Assembly: GCA_038061995.1 (NCBI GenBank)
Contig: JBBTYA010000001.1
Coordinates: forward strand, 10,441-74,440
Source: Patescibacteria group bacterium
Lineage (GTDB): Bacteria; Patescibacteriota; Minisyncoccia; 2-02-FULL-40-12; GWA2-44-9
Reading direction: 5' to 3'
DNA: 64,000 nt
Part shown: positions 46,332 through 55,731 of the stretch, piece by piece
Layout of the letters: each line of letters starts with the position of its first letter
Numbering within the stretch: position 1 is the stretch's first letter
The notes under the pieces: model-generated
What the model was told of the DNA's origin: nothing
Seen by the model: only the letters and a program-made list of their open reading frames with translations
Databases searched by the model: none
Program-made: the position numbers and the translations under genes

Positions 46332-46470
46332 AGAAAAGCATCATACGGTATTTTCCAAAAAATTACCAGTATAAAAAGATGGGGGCCCACAGTAATGGTA
46401 TTAGTAGCACCACGGCTGCGTGGAAGTGATTCATTGACACGGGTGGCATGCGGCGCACAATGGAAGTACT

Positions 46471-47127
46471 GTGGTCATCTCAATCTCAAAACGCACAATC
46501 ACACTCTTACTCATCGGCTTTGGTATTGTTACATATTTCACCACTCAGTTCTGGCCGCTACCAGAGACTCTCTTATTAGACGTACCTTTCACTAACCAAG
46601 CTCCGACGGGCATGTGGGACCGCAACGAAGACTGTGAAGAAGCAAGTATTGCGATGGCACAAGCATATCTCTCCGGCGACACGGAAAATCTACTACCATC
46701 TGCGGGGGCAACGTCCTATATCAGTAGGTTGCGCGCATGGAAACAGGCAAATATTGGCTACAATGCCGACACTGGCGCATATGCAACCTCTCGTATGGCG
46801 GAAGGTGCGTTTGGTATTACCGTGAAGCAAATTCATAATTATACCGAAACTGATCTGAAGCGTGCGCTAGCTAAGAACCACGTTGTGCTATTACCGATTG
46901 ATGCACGCATGCTGGGGGCGCAATCGTATACGAACTCCGGTCCCACCTACCACATGGTTGTTGTGCGAGGATACACCGCCACCCACTTCATCGTGAATGA
47001 CCCCGGTACCACAGGTGGCAATGGCGTAGAGTATTCGTTTGACACCCTTTTTGCAGCAGCAGCGGACTGGAATAATGCTGCAAAAATTATGGACTCGACA
47101 ATCAAGGTCGCCCTTATCCTTTCTTGA
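46471..47127 (+). CDS. C39-like peptidase
   Basis: LDVPFTNQAP..W...CEEAS, YHMVVVRGY, FIVNDPGT motifs; GTG start, N-terminal TM. Confidence 0.85.
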   Translation: MVISISKRTITLLLIGFGIVTYFTTQFWPLPETLLLDVPFTNQAPTGMWDRNEDCEEASIAMAQAYLSGDTENLLPSAGATSYISRLRAWKQANIGYNADTGAYATSRMAEGAFGITVKQIHNYTETDLKRALAKNHVVLLPIDARMLGAQSYTNSGPTYHMVVVRGYTATHFIVNDPGTTGGNGVEYSFDTLFAAAADWNNAAKIMDSTIKVALILS

Positions 47128-47206
47128 TGAAGTGAAGCTATATACAGTCCCCACATATAAGCGCACACTATAGGAGAGTAAGGAAGGTCATTAACATCTT
47201 AACTAT

Positions 47207-47569
47207 ATGGATTCATCATACAGCTCTTCGACCACGAAACCCATATACCGAGGTACTCAAATTATCTGGTATGTGTTCGGGACAGTAGAGATACTGCTCG
47301 CATTTCGGTTTGTTTTGAAGCTACTGGGGGCCAACCCCGGCGCCGGATTTACAAATGCGGTGTATAACATAACACACGTCTTCGTATCTCCGTTTCTCAA
47401 CGTCTTTCGCGTTACCCAGGCCTCGGGTAGCACGCTCGAGTGGACAACATTACTCGCAATGCTGGTGTATTGGGTGCTGGCAGTCGCCATCATCCAACTA
47501 TTCCTCATGGGGAAAACCGTATCAACACCGGAAGCTGCGGATAAATTAAACAACCAAGAAAACAAATAA
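47207..47569 (+). CDS. YggT-family membrane protein
   Basis: [17 protein letters not shown]...F...VY..T..FV.PF. Confidence 0.8.
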   Translation: MDSSYSSSTTKPIYRGTQIIWYVFGTVEILLAFRFVLKLLGANPGAGFTNAVYNITHVFVSPFLNVFRVTQASGSTLEWTTLLAMLVYWVLAVAIIQLFLMGKTVSTPEAADKLNNQENK

Positions 47570-47570
47570 T

Positions 47571-47819
47571 ATGAGCATTATACTTTGGATAGTATTCGGT
47601 GCGTTAGCAGGGTGGATCGCATCTATGGTCATGGGCACCAACGCACAACAGGGAGCAATCGCGAATATCGTTATCGGTATTCTCGGAGCTGTTATTGGAG
47701 GCTTTGTCGTATCGTCTTTTGGCGGTTCTGGATCTACGGGCTTCAATCTGTATAGCCTCCTTGTGGCGGTTCTCGGTGCAGTGATCCTCATCTGGCTGAT
47801 ACGATTACTCAAGCGCTAG
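47571..47819 (+). CDS. GlsB/YeaQ/YmgE transglycosylase-associated protein
   Basis: [13 protein letters not shown]...[13 protein letters not shown]...VAVLGAVIL. Confidence 0.92.
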   Translation: MSIILWIVFGALAGWIASMVMGTNAQQGAIANIVIGILGAVIGGFVVSSFGGSGSTGFNLYSLLVAVLGAVILIWLIRLLKR

Positions 47820-47840
47820 AAAGCAGCCATGCTCTCTAAC

Positions 47841-47869
47841 ATAAAACGACCCACGTGGGTCGTTTTATT
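47841..47869 (+). terminator. Intrinsic terminator
   Basis: ataaaacgacccac/gtgggtcgttttat palindrome. Confidence 0.75.
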
Positions 47870-47891
47870 GCATTCTATATAGAAAATGTAA

Positions 47892-48213
47892 AGAAAAAGG
47901 GCCCCGATGCGTTGGGGCCCAGAACGACAGCAACCCTACCAGGGCGTAACACTGAGAACTCCACAACGGTGAAGCCCTCCTTCTCGGCATTCAGCCAGTT
48001 GAGCTCTCACTGGCCTGAGGCTTGAAGTCGCCTCCGTAGCTTCGGTAGCGAGTTTTCGCATTTAGGAACCTTAGCTAACGGTCTGGGTTTACGTCTCAGC
48101 GATGTGCTGCTGAAAAAAGGTACGAACGATCCTCCCTCTCGTCTCTATACGAACCAGTCCCAAAACCTCGGCTTCTGGTATGCCCTAGCTTGGGTAGAGA
48201 CTTTCAGGCTGCC
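47892..48213 (-). ncRNA. Candidate stand-alone structured RNA (~320 nt)
   Basis: Promoter TTGACG-16-TAAACT (48247-48220); 5' GGCAGCCT pairs with 3' GGGTTGCT; internal stems; terminator gggcccc-aacgcatc-ggggccc-tttttc. Confidence 0.6.
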
Positions 48214-48390
48214 ACGACAAGTTTAGTACACTCAGAAAAATCGTCAAGAAAAAGCGACGGTCGAAACCGTCGCCTGCAGGCCTCCTGGTTTTTACACCAT
48301 CAGCCCGCCGAAGTAGCGATGCTCACCGAGCACCGTCCCGGCAGGAACAGCCAGTCTCCCTCAATGTGTAATGTGGCTCCAAAACAAGGA

Positions 48391-48669
48391 CTACTGGATC
48401 TCCTTTCTCTTAGTAAGAACGTCTTCGGCCTTTTTAGAAAGTCCGAGGTCTCCAGTAAGATCGATTAGTTGATTATCCGATAAGAATATTAGTCCCTCGG
48501 ACAACTCCGCTTCAACTTTTATTTTTTCTTCCAAGTCTTCTGAAGACACATTTTGAACATTTATCTTATCACCGGGCATGGCTTCATAGGCTCGAATAGA
48601 AGTCTTCCTTAGAAGCTCCTTATACCTTTTAAATAGCGCTTGATATTTTTTTACAGAATTTATATCCAT
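48391..48669 (-). CDS. Hypothetical protein
   Basis: 92-aa AT-rich ORF coupled to the upstream gene; its stop overlaps the att-like site. Confidence 0.65.
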   Translation of the reverse strand: MDINSVKKYQALFKRYKELLRKTSIRAYEAMPGDKINVQNVSSEDLEEKIKVEAELSEGLIFLSDNQLIDLTGDLGLSKKAEDVLTKRKEIQ

Positions 48670-48672
48670 TAC

Positions 48673-49182
48673 TTATTTTCTTACCCACACCTGTTGTCGA
48701 GTATTAATTGTTGACCAATCATAGGCAGAAATATAGGTTTGGCTCCCTTTAAGTTTAGCTCCATTTTCTGTTAACTTCATTAAGAAAGCGCCTTTGCCCA
48801 TATTATTACTATCTCTAGCCTTACTATTACACATAAGTATGGTGTCAACGAAAGTACCTTCAAACTCAAACAACTTTCTACACTTTTCACCACTAGGTTG
48901 TTTTGTTAAAAGTAACTCTCCATAAATCTTATTCCCTTGTTGGTTTAAAATTACTGTTGATTCTGAGTCCGGCCCAACCACATACTCACCTCCCTCAATC
49001 GTTGCCGCATATCCAAGCCATTCCCCACGTATATTAATACCCTTGTAAATTAAATTCTGATACCAGGGAAGTACTATTTTTCTAAAAATAGAGATTGTAA
49101 ACCCAATAATAACGTAGGTTATTATACCAGCCACTACGCCCAAAAAAAGATTTACAGCTGCATAATTTATGTATGCATTCAT
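48673..49182 (-). CDS. TM + beta-barrel protein (Cap15/S-2TMbeta-like architecture, tentative)
   Basis: N-terminal TM then I.GEW.G...VILNQ.G.KIYGE...FEG...G.GAFLMK...LKG...WVRK, a beta-rich pattern. Confidence 0.6.
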   Translation of the reverse strand: MNAYINYAAVNLFLGVVAGIITYVIIGFTISIFRKIVLPWYQNLIYKGINIRGEWLGYAATIEGGEYVVGPDSESTVILNQQGNKIYGELLLTKQPSGEKCRKLFEFEGTFVDTILMCNSKARDSNNMGKGAFLMKLTENGAKLKGSQTYISAYDWSTINTRQQVWVRK

Positions 49183-49268
49183 AGAAGCCATCGGCTCCGA
49201 GTCGTAAACGACGTTAGAACTATTGCGCAACAGCAAAATCGGTATATCTACATTCCTGATTTAAGGAA

Positions 49269-49463
49269 TTATCCTACTCTCATCAGCGCTCCTAATGCAT
49301 CAGCCCAGAGTTGGTCGTAATCTTTACTTCTTGAAATAAAAATTCTTGAGCCGTCTTTCTTCATGCCCCAAATCTCCAAATCCTGTCGGATTAAAGCCAT
49401 ATCCTTTTGGAGTGCCAAAAGCACTGCTTCCTCTTTATCTTTTTGTCGCTGTTCTTCGGTCAT
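49269..49463 (-). CDS. Hypothetical protein
   Basis: 64-aa ORF directly downstream of the hydrolase. Confidence 0.6.
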   Translation of the reverse strand: MTEEQRQKDKEEAVLLALQKDMALIRQDLEIWGMKKDGSRIFISRSKDYDQLWADALGALMRVG

Positions 49464-49469
49464 TATATT

Positions 49470-50060
49470 TTACCCCACGGGGCTACTCACTATTATCTTT
49501 AATAGCTCATCAAGAATAAGTGGATATTCTTTTATGTTATCGCTTCCTCCTATATGCCCCTTGCCTTTTACCACAATCGTTTTAGCTCCTAACCTATCTT
49601 CGAATAAATCCTTGTTCTCCAATGGAACATATGGGTCATTATCTGAAAAAATAGCTGTTATGTGATTAATAGTATGTTTTACTTTTTCATTATTCATCGG
49701 AGTATCAAGCCACGGTTGAGCGGTTTGCTTATCTTTTTCATCATCAAAAGCATCGTCGGTAAGAGTGTACCAGCCAGCCACCGCCACAACGCCACCTACT
49801 TTTGTATGAGCTTTTTCTAAGTATCTTAAAATAGTTTGGACTCCTATGCTATGGCCAACAAAATAGGTGTTCTCGTCTGGAGTTTCGACTAGATTATCTA
49901 GAAAGGAAACCCATGTATCTATTTTGGGAGCTTCTGCCTCTGGCATTAATGGAACCTCTGCCTGTATCCCTCGTTTTTCTAACTCTTCTTCCAGCCATAA
50001 AAACCAGCACTCCTCTGGATAGCCAGCCCAGCCGTGGATGATATAGACTCGTTTTAACAT
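49470..50060 (-). CDS. RBBP9/YdeN alpha/beta hydrolase
   Basis: IIHGW, WF.WL, GHSIG nucleophile elbow, SDNDPYV, GHI motifs. Confidence 0.92.
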   Translation of the reverse strand: MLKRVYIIHGWAGYPEECWFLWLEEELEKRGIQAEVPLMPEAEAPKIDTWVSFLDNLVETPDENTYFVGHSIGVQTILRYLEKAHTKVGGVVAVAGWYTLTDDAFDDEKDKQTAQPWLDTPMNNEKVKHTINHITAIFSDNDPYVPLENKDLFEDRLGAKTIVVKGKGHIGGSDNIKEYPLILDELLKIIVSSPVG

Positions 50061-50253
50061 AAAACCTATCTTATCATTTTTTACTCAAAAGTTCTAACGT
50101 CCACAAAGGGTCAAAGCAAAACACCGCAGAAGATGCGGTGTTTTGGAACTGCTCCGAGTCTTTGGGGGTATTAGAAAGTATTATCTCCTATCTTCAGTGC
50201 ACCATAATTGATGAACTAAAGAACGGAGTAGGTCAACAAGCGGACCTGCAACG

Positions 50254-50529
50254 CTATCCTAGTGCGGGGATTAGCACCCTCCAGAGAGTGATAGCAGCCA
50301 TAAGGAATGGCACTACCACCCCGAAGAATGCGACAAACTTCTTGAAACCGGAAGTCTCTAAAAACGCCTTGCTCCATGTCACGAACACGAAGCCGTTAAT
50401 ACAGAGCTGAAGCAAACCTGCGAGCAGATTAGCTCCCACGAACAGGTTCGTACAGTTGGCGATCAAGAAGAACGAAAGTCCAGCTAAACCAGAAGCGGCC
50501 ATGAGCCTTGAGTTCTTATCCAATTGCAC
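50254..50529 (-). CDS. Small three-TM orphan protein
   Basis: Hydrophobic 91-aa ORF; GGAGG upstream; start codon uncertain. Confidence 0.6.
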   Translation of the reverse strand: MQLDKNSRLMAASGLAGLSFFLIANCTNLFVGANLLAGLLQLCINGFVFVTWSKAFLETSGFKKFVAFFGVVVPFLMAAITLWRVLIPALG

Positions 50530-50575
50530 CCTCCAAAAAACATAATACCACTTTTGTGGTATTATGTCAATAATC

Positions 50576-50854
50576 TGGCTCCGCGGGTAGGACTCGAACC
50601 TACAACCCTCTCGTTACACGAATTCCAGTATTTTCATACCGGCGTGGACTATATCTTCACCATATCGCATATGCGACACAGGCGTTCTGGTATCTAGTCT
50701 CTACGGCGCCCCCGCCGAGGCGGGGTTCCCACGGTATTACCTCTCGTAAAAAACGAAGGGGCTTCACCGTTATCCCAGAAAGTTTCAATGCGCCTTTCGA
50801 CGCAAAGCTGCGTTTATCTCACAGCGAGACGCTCTACCATTGAGCTACCGCGGA
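50576..50854 (-). tRNA. tRNA-Asn (GTT), intron-containing
   Basis: 5' exon 50854-50821 TCCGCGGTAGCTCAATGGTAGAGCGTCTCGCTGT and 3' exon 50616-50576 TAACGAGAGGG...GTTCGAGTCCTACCCGCGGAGCCA join to the anticodon loop CTGTTAA. Confidence 0.92.
50617..50820 (-). ncRNA. Group I intron (204 nt) in tRNA-Asn between anticodon positions 35 and 36
   Basis: 5' exon ends in U, intron ends in G; conserved R element CCGTAGAGACTA and S element AAGATATAGTCC. Confidence 0.9.
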
Positions 50855-51177
50855 ATATTTTTTGTATAAGTGCTTGGAATCTTTCTTACCTTTGCGTGTA
50901 TCTCTCGATGACAATTTGCACACACCAGAATGCATTTATCAGCTTCCGCCTTTATCTTTTCTAGAGATCGCGTAAGCCCCCGAGCTGAAAGCCCGAACTC
51001 TTTCTGATGCGCGACTACGTGATGCAGATCAAGGGCCCAAATAGACCGCTTATATCCGCAAAACACACACGCACCACCTCTATATGCCACAACGAGAGAT
51101 CGAAGCTTGCGCCTTCGCGCTGCAACAGCCTTTTTGAGATACTCAGCTCGATCGCGATAGGTTCTCACATCTGGCAT
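50845..51177 (-). CDS. HNH endonuclease (Zn-binding)
   Basis: CVFCGY...LDLHH...KCILVCANCHREIH; stop codon lies inside the tRNA-Asn 5' end. Confidence 0.85.
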   Translation of the reverse strand: MPDVRTYRDRAEYLKKAVAARRRKLRSLVVAYRGGACVFCGYKRSIWALDLHHVVAHQKEFGLSARGLTRSLEKIKAEADKCILVCANCHREIHAKVRKIPSTYTKNIPR

Positions 51178-51259
51178 ATACACTGTAGTATACCACAAAA
51201 CCCCATGCCTGAGAACCCTATCGCAACCAAGTATATTGAGGATAGCCCCAAAAAGCAAC

Positions 51260-52486
51260 CTAATACCCCTTCAGGCGCTCGACGTTCTCATGCTGGCGGA
51301 TCTTTTCGAGTGCCTTTGCTTCAATCTGACGAATGCGTTCGCGGGTGACGTTGAACACCTTCCCCACTTCTTCTAACGTGTGGGTGACACCGTCCGTAAG
51401 GCCAAAGCGCATGTCGAGGATCTTTTGCTCACGCTGGGAAAGATCTCCGATGATTTCATCAATATACTTCTTGAGAATCTTGCGGCCGGCAGAAACGTCG
51501 GGCCCCAAAGCATTCTCATCAGGAATGAAATCCTCCAGGTGGCTATCTTCATCTTTTCCATCTCCCACTGGGGTTTCAAGTGAAATAGTATCTTGAGAGA
51601 TCTTAATAATGTGGCGCACCTTGTCTACATCCATATCCATTTCTGCGGCAACTTCTTCTGGCAGTGGATCGCGGCCCAACTCTTGCACGAGACGGCGTAC
51701 CACCTGCTGATATTTATTGATGGTTTCCACCATGTGCACGGGAATGCGGATCGTACGTGCTTGGTCTGCGAGTGCGCGAGTAATCGCCTGACGAATCCAC
51801 CACGTAGCATAGGTAGAGAACTTGAAGCCTTTGCGGAAGTCGAATTTCTCAACCGCTTTAAAGAGACCGATGTTTCCTTCCTGGATGAGATCGAGTAATG
51901 AGAGGTTCGCCGAACGCCCCACATATTTCTTTGCGACAGAAACAACGAGACGCAAGTTCGAAAGCGCAAGCTTTTGGCGCGCTGATTCATCATTGCGCTC
52001 GATGCGCTTGGCAAGCTCAATCTCCTCTTCGCCTTTCAACAGAGGGTACTTTCCAATCTCGCGGAGATACATCTGCACTGAATCTGAAGAAGAACCTTCG
52101 CTGAATTCATCTTCGATTTTCTTTTTCTGTTCGTACTCTTTTGCTGCCGTTTCTTCAAAGACGCTTACTGATTCAATAACGGTAACGTTTTCACCTTCAA
52201 GGCGCTCGTAGAGTGCTTCAAGACCCACGATATCTTGTTCGATGGTGGGGAATGCACTTAAAATTTCTGCCTGCGTGACAAAGCCGCGAGTCTTGCCGCG
52301 TTCAATGAGTGCGAGCGTAGCGCTCTCGCTCATCACCTCTGGCTTTTTACGCGGGGAGCGTGCGACGCTCTTCTTTTTCTTCACTGCTGAACGTGCAGGC
52401 ACGTGGCGCGCTGGTTTGCGTGCACGAGACTTTGTCGGCGCACGACGAGGAGTTGCAACTTTCTTTTTCTTTTTTGGAGTTGGCAT
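51260..52486 (-). CDS. rpoD: RNA polymerase primary sigma factor
   Basis: [55 protein letters not shown] motifs. Confidence 0.97.
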   Translation of the reverse strand: MPTPKKKKKVATPRRAPTKSRARKPARHVPARSAVKKKKSVARSPRKKPEVMSESATLALIERGKTRGFVTQAEILSAFPTIEQDIVGLEALYERLEGENVTVIESVSVFEETAAKEYEQKKKIEDEFSEGSSSDSVQMYLREIGKYPLLKGEEEIELAKRIERNDESARQKLALSNLRLVVSVAKKYVGRSANLSLLDLIQEGNIGLFKAVEKFDFRKGFKFSTYATWWIRQAITRALADQARTIRIPVHMVETINKYQQVVRRLVQELGRDPLPEEVAAEMDMDVDKVRHIIKISQDTISLETPVGDGKDEDSHLEDFIPDENALGPDVSAGRKILKKYIDEIIGDLSQREQKILDMRFGLTDGVTHTLEEVGKVFNVTRERIRQIEAKALEKIRQHENVERLKGY

Positions 52487-52494
52487 ACGAAAAA

Positions 52495-54276
52495 TTAAAC
52501 GGAAAACAGAGCGAGCTGTTGCGTGAGCGTTGCCGCACGACCGGCGAGGGTTTGAATTTCCTCGGCGCTCTTGCGAGCTTCCGCATCACGAATTGCTGAT
52601 TCAAGATCACGAAGTTGAGAACGAACAAGCTCAGTGTGTGCACGAGCCAGCATTGCTCGGAAGAAAAGTGGGAGCTCTCTTTCACTCACACCATCCCACA
52701 CGTCGTGCGCACGCATGTAGAGCGCATCAAGCGAAAATCGAGATTCAGGATCAATGAGCGTAAAAGCATCTGGGGCTCGGAGAGATTCTGGGGTACTTCG
52801 CGAAATGGCAAGAAGCGCATCGCGAAGCACGGGATCCACGGTCGCTTTCATGAGCATGGGTTCTTCAGCTGCAACTATCGTTGGATAGACAAACGCGAAG
52901 GTAAGCAGCGCGTCATCAAGGGCGCTCCCTCGTAATGCCGCTGGCGCAGCTACTGGCGTTGCGGGCACTTCAGGGCGGGTGTAGGCGTCAAGATCATCGC
53001 GCACATTCGCGAGGTCTGCGCGCACCGCAGCCTCATCGCTCCGCACGAGTTGAGCCACTCGCTTTGTCCAGTGATCTTGCTCCACACGACTCGCCATGCG
53101 ACGAATCATAGGAGCGAGAAGGGCTAACGCCTCTTTCTTTCCTTCAGCGGTGGCAAGGGGCAAGGTTGCTTCTGCGCGCGCGATGTAGAAGTCCATGATA
53201 GGCTGTGCATCTTTCGCAACAGCGAGCCATGCCTCATTACCCTGCTCACGCACGTAGTCGGCCGGATCCTTCATGTGCTCACCGCTTAATCGCAATGCAC
53301 GAACAGTGAACTCTTGCGCAAGAGCGAGCCCGATGCCACGCCGGAGCGCCTGCTCACCTGCTTGGTCTGCATCGAAGCAGAAATCGATAGTCTGCGTGTA
53401 ACGATGGATTAGCTTGAGCTGTTGCGGTGTCAGTGCCGTGCCCGAAGTAGCAATAGTATTCGTTGCACCTGCTTGGTGCGACATAATCACATCCATATTC
53501 CCTTCCACCACAATGCACGAGCCAACGCTACGAATAGCGAGTCGTGCCTTATCAAGACCGAAGAGAATGGAGCCTTTTTCGTAGAGTGCCGTTTGCGGTG
53601 TGTTGATGTACTTCGCACCCACATCATCAGCGCCCGGTAAGACGCGAGCCGTAAACGCTACGATGCGGCCGTTCACATCAGCGATGGGAAACGTGATACG
53701 TCCACGGAAGCGGTCATAGGAACGACCCTCTTTAGGAACGGCGAGACCGCTCGCAATCACCTCTTGGCGCGTATAGCCACACGATGTGAGATAGGTTGAG
53801 AGCGCGTGCCAATCGTTGGGCGCATAGCCAATACGGAAGAGGCGAATTGTTTCGTCGGTCAAGCCACGATCGCGAAGGTACGCGAGCGCGCGTGCTCCCG
53901 CAGTACCATTCCAGAGCTGTGCTTCAAAGAACTTCGTGGTGCGCTCATGGATATCCAAGAGCCGCGTCTTTTCGGAATGCTGTTGGTGTTGTGTATGCTC
54001 GAGCGTGACGCCCGCCTTCTGCGCAAGCATGCGGAGCGCCTCGGGAAATTCCACTCCCTCGATATCCTGCACAAACGAAAACATGTCGCCCCCTTTTGAA
54101 CACCCAAAGCAATGCCATGATTGGCGCTCGGGAGAAATATAAAATGATGGGGTCTTCTCGTTGTGAAACGGACAACGCGCTTTGAAATTGACGCCGGAGC
54201 GCTGAATCTGGATGTATCCAGTAATCACGTCGACAATGTCGAGTCGTGACTTAATATCGGCAACATGGTCCGGCAT
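52495..54276 (-). CDS. dnaG: DNA primase
   Basis: [45 protein letters not shown] motifs. Confidence 0.97.
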   Translation of the reverse strand: MPDHVADIKSRLDIVDVITGYIQIQRSGVNFKARCPFHNEKTPSFYISPERQSWHCFGCSKGGDMFSFVQDIEGVEFPEALRMLAQKAGVTLEHTQHQQHSEKTRLLDIHERTTKFFEAQLWNGTAGARALAYLRDRGLTDETIRLFRIGYAPNDWHALSTYLTSCGYTRQEVIASGLAVPKEGRSYDRFRGRITFPIADVNGRIVAFTARVLPGADDVGAKYINTPQTALYEKGSILFGLDKARLAIRSVGSCIVVEGNMDVIMSHQAGATNTIATSGTALTPQQLKLIHRYTQTIDFCFDADQAGEQALRRGIGLALAQEFTVRALRLSGEHMKDPADYVREQGNEAWLAVAKDAQPIMDFYIARAEATLPLATAEGKKEALALLAPMIRRMASRVEQDHWTKRVAQLVRSDEAAVRADLANVRDDLDAYTRPEVPATPVAAPAALRGSALDDALLTFAFVYPTIVAAEEPMLMKATVDPVLRDALLAISRSTPESLRAPDAFTLIDPESRFSLDALYMRAHDVWDGVSERELPLFFRAMLARAHTELVRSQLRDLESAIRDAEARKSAEEIQTLAGRAATLTQQLALFSV

Positions 54277-54391
54277 TGGGCATTCCCTCCCACCCCTGCC
54301 ACCTAAGACGCAGAAAAGGAGTGCGAACGGCTTCGCCTCCTTGGTGACACTGGGTTAGGTATAGTGTACCACGAAACAAGACAAGTGCAAC

Positions 54392-55051
54392 CTACTCGTT
54401 AGTAGCATCAGTGGGCACAACGTATTCGGTAATAGCTGCAAGTTTGGCAAGTGTAATCGGCTGCATTTCAACACCCAGTTGATCGCTCCGAAGAATCACC
54501 TGTACATCTTCTAGACTGCCGCCTTGCGCCTCACCTACGATGCGCGAGATACGCCAAGGAATGTTCTTGATAATCACCTCGCGACCTTCCATCTTTTCTG
54601 GAAGCGATACGAGCGACGCGCTCTCGGCGGCGATAGAGCGAATATCAGACTCAAACATTTTGGTAGTACGCCCCCCGATCACCTCTTCAAGCATAACGAC
54701 AAATTTCTTCTTCTTTTGAGAATCACTTTCTCCCGGATCTTCAGATAACACGGGGATCCCACGTGCATCGCGCTCATACCCAATCACGCGCCACTGCCCA
54801 TCATTATCACCCGTAGCAAGAATTTCTGGGTCCGTGATCTCTACGACTTCTCCATCATGAAATTTCTCAACACTAGGTACATTAATGGTTGTCTCGCCAC
54901 TTTCTTCAAAGCCACCGAGTTTATATTCCTTTGTAGTGCCGTCATCCTCTACTACTGCTTCTGGCGGTAGAGGATTCGTAAGCTCTGCTTCAGGAAGCAC
55001 GCGTTCAGTTTGCCCACCTACGTCGCTTTGTTTGATATCTAAGTCTGCCAT
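54392..55051 (-). CDS. Acidic hypothetical protein
   Basis: ~220-aa Glu/Asp-rich ORF filling the gap between dnaG and the exonuclease; start uncertain. Confidence 0.7.
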   Translation of the reverse strand: MADLDIKQSDVGGQTERVLPEAELTNPLPPEAVVEDDGTTKEYKLGGFEESGETTINVPSVEKFHDGEVVEITDPEILATGDNDGQWRVIGYERDARGIPVLSEDPGESDSQKKKKFVVMLEEVIGGRTTKMFESDIRSIAAESASLVSLPEKMEGREVIIKNIPWRISRIVGEAQGGSLEDVQVILRSDQLGVEMQPITLAKLAAITEYVVPTDATNE

Positions 55052-55085
55052 AGTTCCCATAGTATGAATGATCCCCGCCACGCCG

Positions 55086-55643
55086 TCAAAGCAGCGTATC
55101 TTGCGGCACGAGAAGCTTGCGAAATACATCAGTCGCAAGGCGCGCGCCGTTGATGGCGCGGTGTACTTCGGGTTCTGGCGGGATACCAAGCTCTTCGGCC
55201 ATACTACTTAAACGGAATTTTACACTGTTTTTGTGACGCATTTTTTCCCACGCGATGCTGGGAATATCAATAGGATGGTAGTCTAAGAAATCACGTACGC
55301 CCGTTGAGCGAAATGCCTCTTCGATAAATTTCCAGTCGAAAGTAATGTTCCATGCACAAAAAATTGCATCGCGCGTCTTGGCGCTATACTGCTTCATGGC
55401 ATCAGCGAGTGGCACAGCATTTACCCATTGCTCGGGTACATACCCATTCACCTTGAGCGCTCCCGCCTCTGCGGTTTCGATATGCGCCGGCTGTACTTTG
55501 AGATCCAGCTCGTCAATCACGCGGAATGTTTTCTGATCCACAACCACAAGGCCTATTTCGATGATCTCATGGCGGCGCACATCAAGACCCGTGGTTTCAA
55601 CATCGGTAATCGCAAACGGTTTATCAAAAAAAGAATCTGCCAT
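55086..55643 (-). CDS. DEDDh 3'-5' exonuclease (DnaQ-like)
   Basis: DVETTGL, IIEIG, WNITFD, HRA motifs; the last Asp appears replaced (HRAING). Confidence 0.88.
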   Translation of the reverse strand: MADSFFDKPFAITDVETTGLDVRRHEIIEIGLVVVDQKTFRVIDELDLKVQPAHIETAEAGALKVNGYVPEQWVNAVPLADAMKQYSAKTRDAIFCAWNITFDWKFIEEAFRSTGVRDFLDYHPIDIPSIAWEKMRHKNSVKFRLSSMAEELGIPPEPEVHRAINGARLATDVFRKLLVPQDTLL

Positions 55644-55647
55644 AGTG

Positions 55648-55731
55648 CGGAGGGTGTAGGATTCGAACCTACGAGGGCTTTCGCCCACCTGTTTTCAAGA
55701 CAGGCGCCTTAAACCACTCGGCCAACCCTCC
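55648..55731 (-). tRNA. tRNA-Ser (TGA)
   Basis: GGAGGGTTGGCCGAGTGG...CCTGT-CTTGAAA-ACAGG, long variable arm, GTTCGAATCC. Confidence 0.95.

Larger units (their letters stand above)
48374..50594. mobile_element. tRNA-Asn-anchored AT-rich islet / cassette array
   Basis: TGGCTCC-N6-AGGACT at the tRNA 3' end (50576-50594) and at 48374-48392; internal GCTCCGAGTC-N10-TTAGAA at 49194 and 50151; visibly AT-rich 48.4-50.1 kb; no integrase in the window. Confidence 0.6.

Noticed and set aside
48274-48370. Small gene just beyond the distal att-like site
   Set aside because: Only a ~20-codon frame without a convincing start; could be a remnant but cannot be supported.
54280-54360. Structured leader or riboswitch upstream of dnaG
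   Set aside because: Only short imperfect stems and no recognisable aptamer motif.
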